Source of the DNA: Candidatus Marinacidobacterales bacterium | GTDB taxonomy: Bacteria; Acidobacteriota; Vicinamibacteria; Marinacidobacterales; DATDRI01 | NCBI GenBank assembly: GCA_965219415.1 | Contig: CBDCNP010000002.1 | Span: forward strand, 1,344,001 to 1,408,000 | DNA: 64,000 nucleotides | Direction: 5' to 3' | Shown here: in pieces, positions 40,195-49,907 of the stretch | Numbering within the stretch: the stretch's first letter is position 1 | How the letters are laid out: each line of letters starts with the position of its first letter | The notes under the pieces: model-generated | Databases searched by the model: none | Seen by the model: only the letters and a program-made list of their open reading frames with translations | Told to the model about the DNA's origin: nothing | Position numbers and translations under genes: made by a program

Positions 40195-40668
40195 ATGGAA
40201 GCCTGGATCCAGATCATCTTTAATCTGGGGCTCCCTCTCCTTGTGTTCGTGGGGGCGTACTTCACGGGAACGGCTATCGAGCGTCGTCACTTTCGGAATC
40301 TCAGAGTTCGAGAGAACGCCTTCCGACGTTTCCTCACCGTCACATTCCCGTACGTTCCCGAGGACCGCGAGGTCGTAGCGTCCGAGCTCGTAACTGGAAG
40401 CGTCGTTGTCTCCATCGACCACTTCAAGCGGTTTCTCGCCGGACTACGTATGTTGTTCGGCGGACGCATCACGGCCTATGAAACGCTACTCGATCGAGGA
40501 CGGCGCGAAGCCATCATGCGTCTCAAAGAAAACAGCAGGCAGCGCGGTTTTCAGGCGGTGATCAATCTGAGGCTGGAGACGTCGCGGCTCGCAAGCTCCC
40601 GAGGGGATCGGGGCACCGCCGGAGTCGAAGTCCTCGCGTTCGGAACCGCATTGAGATTTGGTAAGTGA
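40195..40668 (+). CDS. Membrane-anchored YbjQ-like protein
   Basis: TM helix, 'GGRI.AYE.LLDR.RREA', 'AFGTA'. Confidence 0.85.
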   Translation: MEAWIQIIFNLGLPLLVFVGAYFTGTAIERRHFRNLRVRENAFRRFLTVTFPYVPEDREVVASELVTGSVVVSIDHFKRFLAGLRMLFGGRITAYETLLDRGRREAIMRLKENSRQRGFQAVINLRLETSRLASSRGDRGTAGVEVLAFGTALRFGK

Positions 40669-41497
40669 CACTTTGAACCACAAGCCTCGCCTGCCCCGAG
40701 AAGACGTCAACTACTCGCGCACGAGCGTGGGCCGCGAGACGGTCCTCCTCGTCGGTGGCTTGATCGGGGCGGCCGGCGTATTCGTCCTCCTTATCGCCCT
40801 CACCGTGGATCTCATCGTGCCGCTCATCCCGATTTCGTGGGAAGCGAGAGTCTTCCCCGGCTTCTCAACGCTTTTCGCACCCGAGGCAACGGACGAAGAC
40901 CGTGAGCGTCGTGAGAAACTACAAACGTTGGTGGACCGGATCGCATCCCATTGGCCCGACAACCCCTACGAGGTCCGTGCCGACGTGATGGAAGAGGGGC
41001 AGGACAATGCGTTCGCGTTTCCGGGCGGGCTGGTGCTCGTTACGTCCGGGATGCTGGACCATGTCCAAAGTGAGAACGAGCTCGCCTTTATCGTGGGCCA
41101 TGAGCTGGGACACTTCCGCAATCGCGACCACCTGCGCCATCTGGGCCGGGGCGTGGCCCTTGGTCTTTTGGTCGCAGTGATACGGGGAACAGGTGGAGGT
41201 GAGTCGGCCACCGCTCTTGTCGCTCTCGCGGGGAGCTTCACGACGCGGAGTTTCGGAAGGGCTCAGGAAGAAGCGGCCGATGCGTTTGGACTGGAGCTCG
41301 TCCATGAAGAGTACGGCACCGTCGCCGGCGCGTGGGACTTTTTCGAGCGGCTCCCCCAGTCGAAGCCGAGCGTCGGACGCCATGTCGCGAGCTATTTATC
41401 GACCCACCCTCTCAACAACGAGCGCATCGAGGCGATGGACCAACTTGCTTCCGAGCGCAGTTGGTCTACCGAGGGCGATGTGCAACCACTCAACTAA
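40658..41497 (+). CDS. M48 metallopeptidase
   Basis: 'NAFAFPGG', HELGH, 'EEAAD', 'LSTHP'. Confidence 0.9.
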   Translation: MVSDTLNHKPRLPREDVNYSRTSVGRETVLLVGGLIGAAGVFVLLIALTVDLIVPLIPISWEARVFPGFSTLFAPEATDEDRERREKLQTLVDRIASHWPDNPYEVRADVMEEGQDNAFAFPGGLVLVTSGMLDHVQSENELAFIVGHELGHFRNRDHLRHLGRGVALGLLVAVIRGTGGGESATALVALAGSFTTRSFGRAQEEAADAFGLELVHEEYGTVAGAWDFFERLPQSKPSVGRHVASYLSTHPLNNERIEAMDQLASERSWSTEGDVQPLN

Positions 41498-43210
41498 TGC
41501 TCAACCTCGAGCTTCGTCGCTTCCTCGAAGTGCTTTCGTGCCTCTTCGGTTCGCCCGGCGCGCTCGAGCAACACGGCAAGCCGGTGATGATATCGGCCGA
41601 CTTCCGGTTCTAGCTCGATCGCCCTACGGTAAGCGTCGATCGCCTCCTCGCGGCGACCGGCCTTGTCGAGTGTCGCTGCGTAGTCCGCGGTGATCTCCGC
41701 CTCGTAGGGATCGAGCGATTCAGCCTTGTTGAACATAGCGAGCGCCTGCTCGAGTCGCCCGCCGCCGGTGTAGGCCCTGGCCATCGAGGCGTAGATCTCG
41801 GCGTCCTCGGGAAGTCCGGCTCGAATACTCTCGAAAGCCTCAATCGCCTCTTCGTATCGTTCGAGTGCGACGAGCTCGGTCGCCAGCGGTAGCAAAAACC
41901 CGGAGCTCCCGGGAGCCAGCTCCAGAGCCCCACGAAACGCAATGACGGCTTCCTCGGCCGCGCCGGCCTCTGCGAGGACCGCACCGAGCTCCGCTAGCAA
42001 GACGGGCGAGCGAGGCTCGAGCGCAATGGCGTTTCGATAGGCTCGTGCCGCCTCGACGAGCTCTCCTCGCGCCGTCCTCACGAGCGCCAGGGCTCGACGC
42101 GCCGCGGCCGATCGCGGGGCCAACCCGAGCGCACGCTCGGCGGAGGCGAGGCCCGCATCGAGCTCTTTCCTCCATTCGCTCGCAAGCTCGGCGAGCATCA
42201 AATGAGCGGGCACGAAGTCGGGATTCAACGAAATCGCCCTTTGGAGCCCGTCGAAGGCCTTAGCGATCGGACTTCGTGTTTGGAGCACCAGCACGGCGTG
42301 GTGGTAGTGAGCCAGAAAGCTCTCCGAACCAAGCGCGATGGCTTTCTCCAGAGCAAGGAGCGCTTGCTGGAGCTCCTGTGAAGCGAGAAAGTAGTAGGCC
42401 TCGACTTCGTGACCGAGCGACAAGCTGGGCTCGACTTCTAGCGCGTGTTCGATGAGCGGCAGGGCCAACTCGCGCGAGCCTCCGCGATTGAGGAACGCTG
42501 CTTTATGCGCCAGAACCTCGGCGTGGCTGAGCGGGCGTGCCTCGAGCACATCATCAGAGACCGGCGCAGGCCGTCCTCGGCGGTAGCCGCTCAACTCGCC
42601 GCCCCGTAAGTAGTCCGCTAGGAGTTTCTCGAGCACCCCGACATTCGGGAAGGCCTCAGACCAAGCCGACTCGGGCTCTTGGTTTTCCCGAAGAAGAGCC
42701 AGATATCGCGAAAGCTTCTCGGGCCCAAGCGAATTGCCGAGCAACAAGTAGTGGATGACGGCCCAGGACTGGGCGTAGAAGATCGAAGCCTTGTCCGCAT
42801 CACCATAGTAGGGCGATTCGTGATCGACCGCGAAGAGCACCGGTAGGGGAAGCAATGATTCCCGTCTCAAGATGCCTAAGTAGTCCGCATCGACTCCACC
42901 GATGTGCACATCCTTGGCCCAGATCTCGGTTGTCGCCCAGAAGCTGGCGAGGCCTTCGTTCAACCAGAGCGGAATGTCTCCGAAATTCACCGTTACCAGA
43001 AGATGGAAGTACTCGTGATAGATCGTGGCGTAGGGTCGGGCCCCGCCGGTATCTAAGAGCAGCGCGACGTAGTTGCGATCTGTCCCCTGACGGAAGAGCC
43101 CTATCGGCTTGGCCCGTGTCTGGTCTTCCCAAATACGAGGAAGCAACTCGGCCATGCCTGTTTCTTCCTCGAGCGCGTAGATGAGATTGGTTCCGCCGGA
43201 TCGACCGGAG
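41494..43210 (-). pseudogene. DUF1570-like HEXXH domain plus TPR protein, 5'-truncated
   Basis: 'HEYFH...PLWLNEGLA', 'FYAQSW', many TPRs; no signal peptide or start, runs into the divergent gene. Confidence 0.75.
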
Positions 43211-43211
43211 T

Positions 43212-44106
43212 ATGGCCGAAGGCCTGCTGGAAGACGACGCACAATACGTCGAGCGCTCTCCGAGCGCGTGCGCGCGGTTGGGGGGACTCCGGTCGGCGCC
43301 TACCGGGAGCCTTTTTCCGGCAAGCCTCTCCTGGTGGCGGTCGTGCCGTTCAAGGCCGTCGAGCCGACGCCGTTTCAGCGGGATCTCTCCCCGACGCACA
43401 CGAAACGCCTAGCGCAGAAAATTGAAGAGGCCGGCGTCTTCCTGGATCCTCTCATCGTCGTTCAGGCGCCGGATGGACGGCTGTGGACCCCGAACGGCCG
43501 TCATCGGCACGCAGCGGCCAAGGTGCTGGGCCTTCAGGCGGTCACCGCACTCGTCTCCCCGGACGAAGAGCTCGCTTTCAAAATCCTCGCTCTAAATACG
43601 GAGAAGGCTCACAATCTGAAAGATCGCAGCCTCGAAGTCATACGGATGGCGCGCGAGTTAGCGGCGAGGAAACCCCGCTCCAAGGAGAAGGACTTCTCTG
43701 CAGAGTTCGAGGAGCCCGCGCTTTTGACCCTCGGCATCATCTACGCAGACCAGCGACGTTTCGCAGGGAGTCCCTACTTCTCGTTTCTGCGCAAAGTCGA
43801 TCGTTTCGCCACCGGCACGCTTCCCAAGAGTCTCCAGCAACGAGAGGGCTGGGCGGCGCGCCTGGCGCAGATCGATGGGCGCGTCAAAGAGATCTGAAGG
43901 AGCGCGGTTTCAAGTCGCCCTACCTGCGGAACTACGTGGTGGCTCGAATCAACCCGGTACGATTTCACCGTGCGAAAAAAAACGCGGCCCAGCCGCCAAT
44001 GGCGTTAGGCGCGGCGCTCACGCGTATGGCGGCGTCGGCACGCAAGTTCGACGTCAGCACAGTACGACAACAGGAGCTCACGCTAGTGGCTTCCCCTCTC
44101 CAGTGA
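43212..44106 (+). pseudogene. ParB/Srx N-terminal domain protein, frameshifted
   Basis: 'PTPFQRDLS', 'PNGRHR', 'LNTEKAHN', 'SPYLRNYVVARINP'; shifts near 43258 and 43893. Confidence 0.8.
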
Positions 44107-44169
44107 CTAGGGGGGACGAGGTCCTAGGCTTGCCGGAGTTCGTTAATTTCTGCACCTCGGGAGGAGCGC

Positions 44170-44691
44170 ATGGCCAAAGAGGAACCGAGAACCCACCCTT
44201 TCGCAAAAGCCCGCTACCTCTCACTGATCGTCGTGGTCTTTTCTCTCATGGAAGCACTGATGATGTTTCTCATCGGTGCGTTGAAGTCGATCAAAGCATT
44301 CCAGGCTTTCTTTTTCGGGAGACCAGTGATCCGGGATGCCCCGGATCACCTCGACCTCACCGACCAAGCCATGGTCTCCGTCCTACAGTCGATGGACGCG
44401 TTCCTCATTGGGCTCGTCCTGCTTATCTTTGCGTTCGGCGTCTACAATCTATTCATCGCTGAAATCAAGAAACCGCTCACCCTGGTCGGTGCGCAGTGAG
44501 CCCAAATCGGTAGCCTGGAGAGGCTCAAACAGGTGTTGGTGGAAGTCATTATTGTGATCTTGGCGGTTTTGTTCTTGTGGGAACTGCTCTTACTAGAAGA
44601 AGCAGCGACGTGGAACGTTTTGGTGGTTCCCATAGGAATCGTGCTTCTTGCTGCTGCGGTCAGGCTGGTGGACTGGCGCCGCTCGGATTAA
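44170..44691 (+). pseudogene. YqhA/UPF0114 membrane protein with in-frame TGA at 44497
   Basis: 'D.FLIG..LLIFAFG.Y.LFI' then, in frame after TGA, 'IGSLERLKQVL.EVIIVIL'. Confidence 0.8.
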
Positions 44692-44698
44692 TGAACCC

Positions 44699-46522
44699 TC
44701 AAGGCTGTCGCACCGCATCGACTCGAAGCTCTGCAATCGACCAAGGTTTGGTTCGCCGGCCGGTTTGAAAGAGTCGAAGCCCGCGCACCACCGTGGGCTC
44801 GAGAACGAGGACTTGACTCGGCCCCTCATCGTCGAGCACCTGCCGTTTGAGTCCCGGCCTCCCCATCACATAAGGGATCTCTCTCCACACCTTATCCTCC
44901 GTCAGGCCTTCGAGGCGGAGCCGTCGTGCGCTACGAAGTGGACGATCTCCGGAACTGAGCTCAATGCGCCCGACAGTCATCGGGGTCGGGAACCGGACCT
45001 GGATCCAGTTTCCAGGCCGTTGGTCACTCTCGGTCTCCCAATACGAAGAAAGACGTCCATCGATAAGTTTCGGTATTCGTTCCCGACCCTCCGAAGCGGA
45101 GGCCCAGGAAAGCTCGAGCGGAATTCTCTGGTATTGAGAACGAAATCGGTCGGGGATTGCGTAGAGTCGCAGAGGCGGGCCGGAATAAATACTCTCCGGC
45201 TCGATCGCGGCGGTGAGCGGAAGCTCGACGGCGTACCGTTCCTCATCGGCGGGTCGCAGCAGCAAGAGATCGGTGTTGGTTGACTGCAGCCGGAACCGCG
45301 CTGGCGAGCTGCTCGCTTTGAGAATCTCGAACTGGATCCGCTGACCTCCCACGTCAGTAAGCGGGCTCAACACACGAGCCCCCGGTGCGAGATTAGCCTC
45401 CATCCAGTCGAGCGCCTGATCCCGCGTACTAGGGCGTGAAATATCACGGACATAGGAGAGCGATGAGTAAAAAGGAAACGCCAACGCCAAAAGGGTCAGC
45501 GCGATCGTGGCCGGGGCCTGCCTTTGGTAAAGGTGTGCCGCGGCTCGACCGACGAGCAAGGTCAGGACACCAAGCGTCGGCACCAGAAAACGATCGTGGT
45601 GAACCTCGGCGGTCGAGAAAGCAACCACGACCACAACCGGGAAAAGCAGAAGTGGGATCCACTTCCGCCATTCTCTCGACGCGGGAAACACCCCCACCAG
45701 CATGAGCAGCATGCCAAGGCTCCCCAATGCCTTGCGAAGAGTACCTTCGGGATGCCCCAAGTAGATCCAAAGCATCCCTAGGTAATCCGTGCCGGCTTCG
45801 GAGCGGTCGACGTAGTGGTAATCGAATTGAGTGAAGACGCCATCCATGAACCCTCGGACGTTGAGCAGGGTATATGGGGACAACACCAGAAACGTCAGCA
45901 GAGAGAGTCCTCCGGCCAAAAACATGCGACCAAGACGAGGTCCGGGAGCGAGAAGGCGATAGACGATGTAAGAAGGGACCAAGAGAATTCCAGAAAACTT
46001 CACCGCGGTCGCGGCGCCCAAGGCCATTCCCGAGAAGACATCCTGCCGCCTCGTTTCACCCACACTGCGGAATACGAGAAAGGCGAGAAGGACGAAGGTT
46101 TCGAGCACTACGTCGGGCCGTACGCTGTGGGCGGTGTGGACTTCAACTGGCGACACCGCTAGGAATAACGCGGCCACCAGCCCCGTTGTCGGACCGGCGA
46201 GCCGCATGCCGAGAAGGTAGACGAGGGCCACGCTCGCCACACCGAACGCGGCCACCACGCCGCGGGCCGCCAAGTAGGCCCCCGGACCAGCGGGAATATC
46301 CGAGTCCACGACGGCAAGAACCGGATATAGAAGGTAGAAGAACAGTCCGGGATATTCGTAGAAACGGTAGTCGAGGTCCCCTTCCGACAACATCACCGCG
46401 ACATTGTCGACGAAATAGCGTTCGTCTACATGGGGAGTGTGTTGAAGACCCCAGGATAAGCCGGTGAATCGAAGGGCGGCGGCCAAAAAAAGAACCGTCC
46501 CCAAAGCGAGGCGGAGACGCAT
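44699..46522 (-). CDS. GT-C (family 39/PMT-like) glycosyltransferase with C-terminal discoidin-like domain
   Basis: 'HVDE', 'YPGL', 'RPD', 'ATAVKF'; 'DG...SYW...Q.PG.WIQV'. Confidence 0.82.
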   Translation of the reverse strand: MRLRLALGTVLFLAAALRFTGLSWGLQHTPHVDERYFVDNVAVMLSEGDLDYRFYEYPGLFFYLLYPVLAVVDSDIPAGPGAYLAARGVVAAFGVASVALVYLLGMRLAGPTTGLVAALFLAVSPVEVHTAHSVRPDVVLETFVLLAFLVFRSVGETRRQDVFSGMALGAATAVKFSGILLVPSYIVYRLLAPGPRLGRMFLAGGLSLLTFLVLSPYTLLNVRGFMDGVFTQFDYHYVDRSEAGTDYLGMLWIYLGHPEGTLRKALGSLGMLLMLVGVFPASREWRKWIPLLLFPVVVVVAFSTAEVHHDRFLVPTLGVLTLLVGRAAAHLYQRQAPATIALTLLALAFPFYSSLSYVRDISRPSTRDQALDWMEANLAPGARVLSPLTDVGGQRIQFEILKASSSPARFRLQSTNTDLLLLRPADEERYAVELPLTAAIEPESIYSGPPLRLYAIPDRFRSQYQRIPLELSWASASEGRERIPKLIDGRLSSYWETESDQRPGNWIQVRFPTPMTVGRIELSSGDRPLRSARRLRLEGLTEDKVWREIPYVMGRPGLKRQVLDDEGPSQVLVLEPTVVRGLRLFQTGRRTKPWSIAELRVDAVRQP

Positions 46523-46556
46523 TCGAGGAGATTCTAGGGTGAGCCGTGTGATGGTG

Positions 46557-47774
46557 TCAAAGACCGAGGATGTTCTTGTACTCCTCAGCCAACCGTTCCG
46601 CTTCTCGCTTATCTCTGATCTGTTCACCGGCTACCACGTCGCGGCCCGATCCCCGCACCAGACGGATTTGGTAGTAAGCGGTCCCGTTTCGTCCACCCGA
46701 CTGCATGCTGATCTTCTTTTTGACGTCGGCGAACTCGGAAGGCAGGTATCGGCGTGTATTGCCCAATCCGAGAACGGCGTTTCTGATGCGAACCTCGTCC
46801 GCGTTCATGACCACACGGGTGGTACCGAACCAGAGATCGAGGACAAGCCAAAATATCAGTAAACCGCAAGCACCGGACACGATGGGAAATAACATCGGCG
46901 CGCCTAGATAGAGTTGAAACCAGATAGCGCCCACCCAGATCAACAGAAAGACGCTTAGCGATGCCGCGGCAGATGGATTCCGGCCGGCTGGAAAGTAAAA
47001 CTCCTTGCCTCCTACCGACGTGGTTCGGACTCGAATCTTGGATTGGGCGACATGATTTCCGAGCTCGCGAGATGGGAGGCTCCGTCGCGGCGGTGACGGG
47101 CCCGGTTCGGGCGAGCTTTCTTCGGTCCGGAAAACGGGAAGCTCAAATTCCGCTTGGTAGTCCACGCCGGGAACGCTTGCGGTGAGCGTAAGAATCCAAA
47201 GAATCCGATCGTCCGAGTCTTCATCGCTTGTTTCTAGACACTCGAAGGGTACGTGAAACGAAAAGGGCACGGCGGCACCCATCTTGCCAACAGAAAGCTG
47301 CTCCTTTGAGATTCCTCAGTGCTCTTCCCAGACGATCTTCTCATTCACGTCCCGCTTGCGACGCCTTCTCCTAACGTTGCGGTTGATCGATCGGAGGCTC
47401 ACCCGCACGCCACCGACTGTCTCCCTCTGCAAGCTGGTATGGATGATGCCAGCCACCGATCCTCCGATCAATCCGGGCACGCGCGAGAGCTCTAGAACCG
47501 ACTTACCAAACCGCAACCACCGGATGGTGAGTCGAATCGCCTGAGTCAGAAGACCGATTCCGAGGATTGGGAACACGAGTCCAACCAGGACAATGTAATT
47601 TTCCTTTTCGAGGATCTCTTCACGGAGACTCGAGACCAGTGGCGAGGACATCAGAAGAACCACCAGCGCCATCACCCAAACGGCGATCATACTTCCCTTG
47701 CTGGAGTATTCGATTCTTCCCGCCGCCCAGTCCGGACGCCGGACCCATGGTTGCTGTCGGTTCTGCACCGTCAT
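46557..47774 (-). pseudogene. Hypothetical membrane protein, frameshifted
   Basis: 'PW..RPDWAAGRI', 'FGKS.L', 'PGVDY.A.FE.PVF'; break near 47300. Confidence 0.7.
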
Positions 47775-47902
47775 CTTCCTATCTAGATTGTTAGGTTTAG
47801 TTCGGCCGAAGCCGTTCTTTCAATAGTAGCATGGGATTGCAAAGCGGCCGTTGCAGAGTTATCATGCGCCCCCGACTCAGCACACAGAAAGGAGATGAGC
47901 GC

Positions 47903-48313
47903 GTGGCTACTGAACTCAAAGAGGCGGAAGACCTACGAACCCAGCACCAAGTGAGGCTGGTGACCGAGGAAGAAGACGGGACCGGAATCGACCGGCTTCC
48001 CACGGGCGTTTACGGATTCACCTACTCCCCTGCCGCCGACAACTTTCCGCTGTTCAACAAAAACAACCTGAATTGCTACGAGGCGCACAAGCTACCCAAC
48101 GGGAGCGCGTTGTTGGTCGGGTACTTGAACAAAGAAGAGGCGAGTCAGCTCGCGTCTAATGACAAAACAAGACTCCTTCACTTGTTTCCCAATCCGAACG
48201 ACAATGCGACCGAGCTGGCGATTCTACCAATGGCTCGGGTGGTCGGACATGAAGAGAACTCCCACCGCAAGGGTAAGGGGTTCGAGATCCAGGTGGCACC
48301 ATTTGGATCGTGA
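47903..48313 (+). CDS. Hypothetical protein
   Basis: RBS AAGGAG before GTG; open frame. Confidence 0.7.
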   Translation: MATELKEAEDLRTQHQVRLVTEEEDGTGIDRLPTGVYGFTYSPAADNFPLFNKNNLNCYEAHKLPNGSALLVGYLNKEEASQLASNDKTRLLHLFPNPNDNATELAILPMARVVGHEENSHRKGKGFEIQVAPFGS

Positions 48314-48382
48314 CGGGCGCCACAGCAGGGAGTTGCTGCTATCGGAATAGCCAGGCGCCAGGGAAATAGCAGAGTCAAGCCG

Positions 48383-49195
48383 TCAAGTTGCCAGGGCCGA
48401 CTTGAGGCGTTCGAGGGAGCTCTCCATCGCCGGCTCGATCTCGTCGAGCCGGTCCTTAGCTCCCCAAGTCGATACGTCGACACCCAACACCTTCTGTGGC
48501 CCCAGGGAAAACGCCTTCATGGCCACCGCTCCCTCGATCGCGGGCCAACTCAACTGTACCTCGGTCCCAGTATCGGCTAGGACCTCTCCCGCCATCTTGT
48601 CTCCATTCTCGAGCGTGAGCTCGTAGTCGGTTCCGGGATCACCGATCCCACCAGCTTGCGTGAGCCACCTCGCCAGATTCCGCTCCTCCCGGTAGAAGGG
48701 GCGTAGCTGCGAAGACGTGTACTCGGCGGGAAGCATGGCCATCGCGTGGTGTCGGGAGCGTCCGAAGTAGTTTTCCAAATAGTGATTCAAGACCGCGAGC
48801 GCCATCGTCCATCCGGAGTTCACTCCCTGATACTCGTCGTCCCACTCCGCACCCTCGCCGAATCCGGATTGGACCAACTTCAAAACGGTGCGTCCGCCCG
48901 CCTGCTCAATGTCGATCTCAAATAGGACCGGTGACCGGCCGGGCAGCGTTGCGGTCAAGACTAGTCTTTCTTCGGGCCGCGCCTCCAAGACCTCGTAGGT
49001 GAAGCGGTAGTCGAACTTGTCGAAAATCCACGTCATACTGCCACCGGCCTTGGCCTCGCCTTCGGCGCCGTCGGTGAACCACTGCGGCACCTTCTTGGGA
49101 TCCGCCCAGGCCTCCCAGACCTGTTGAGGAGTGGCGCGGGTGATCATCTCCTTGGATAATGCGGCCCTTACGCTCCAGCGTTTGCTTCTTCTCAA
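48383..49195 (-). CDS. Tandem SRPBCC/AHSA1-domain protein
   Basis: 'ATPQQVWEAWADP...QWF', 'GW...L..L..YLE'. Confidence 0.85.
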   Translation of the reverse strand: MRRSKRWSVRAALSKEMITRATPQQVWEAWADPKKVPQWFTDGAEGEAKAGGSMTWIFDKFDYRFTYEVLEARPEERLVLTATLPGRSPVLFEIDIEQAGGRTVLKLVQSGFGEGAEWDDEYQGVNSGWTMALAVLNHYLENYFGRSRHHAMAMLPAEYTSSQLRPFYREERNLARWLTQAGGIGDPGTDYELTLENGDKMAGEVLADTGTEVQLSWPAIEGAVAMKAFSLGPQKVLGVDVSTWGAKDRLDEIEPAMESSLERLKSALAT

Positions 49196-49824
49196 CCATC
49201 GTCGTCCTCCTTCGGCATCGGATAACTCCCCATCACTAACCGGTACGGCCGTCCGGGACCGGCACGCCCATCGGAAAGTAGTGCAGGTGAACTGTGCTCC
49301 GCGATGACCTTCACTACGGCTTTCCGAAGGGCATCGCTAAATGACTCTCGTTGCTCCGCACTCTCGAACCGAAGCTCGGAAGCCATCGACAAGGTCGGCA
49401 GCCTCTTGCCCTGCTGCTGCGCGGCGCGGCTCACTTGCGAGAGCTCCCGTTGCACCAAAGAACCCAGGGCGATCAAGTACTGGGCGCTCATGGTGTCCTC
49501 GATTTGTCGCCAATCCGCCGCGAGCGGACCAAGAACTTCCGGAGCCAAGACGTAGGACCGCGCGCTGGCCTGGTAGCACCGTTCGATCAGGTTGCGCTTG
49601 CGGCGCTGCCCGGCCCGACGCAGAAAGCGAGCTCGCGCCAGCTCTCGCACGTGGTAGTTCACTTTCTGCCGCGGGAGCCGAAGCTGGCCCGCCAGTTCGG
49701 TGGACGACGCCGGACTCTTCGCCAGGTTCAGGATTCTGAGCCGCAGTGGATGCATCAACACCGTGGCCCGTTGAGGATCGTGGATGCTCTCAAGCTCGGT
49801 GGGTGTGGTCCGTCCTTGCTTCAT
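49192..49824 (-). CDS. ArsR-like winged-helix regulator
   Basis: 'HPLRLRIL...ELA...RQKVNYHVREL', 'ER.YQA'. Confidence 0.88.
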   Translation of the reverse strand: MKQGRTTPTELESIHDPQRATVLMHPLRLRILNLAKSPASSTELAGQLRLPRQKVNYHVRELARARFLRRAGQRRKRNLIERCYQASARSYVLAPEVLGPLAADWRQIEDTMSAQYLIALGSLVQRELSQVSRAAQQQGKRLPTLSMASELRFESAEQRESFSDALRKAVVKVIAEHSSPALLSDGRAGPGRPYRLVMGSYPMPKEDDDG

Positions 49825-49858
49825 GACAATTATTATTGTCGTACAATAATAATTGTCA
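49824..49858. promoter_or_regulatory. 35-bp palindromic operator overlapping the regulator promoter
   Basis: TGACAATTATTATTGT-cgt-ACAATAATAATTGTCA; minus-strand TTGACA -35. Confidence 0.8.
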
Positions 49859-49907
49859 AAAAAAATGTAAAAATATTCTTACCCTATCTAAATCAACGTC
49901 TTGCAGG

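Noticed and set aside
12700-47320. Programmed frameshifting in the split genes
   Set aside because: No consistent slippery motifs, unlike the IS3 A7 site; decay or sequencing error explains them better.
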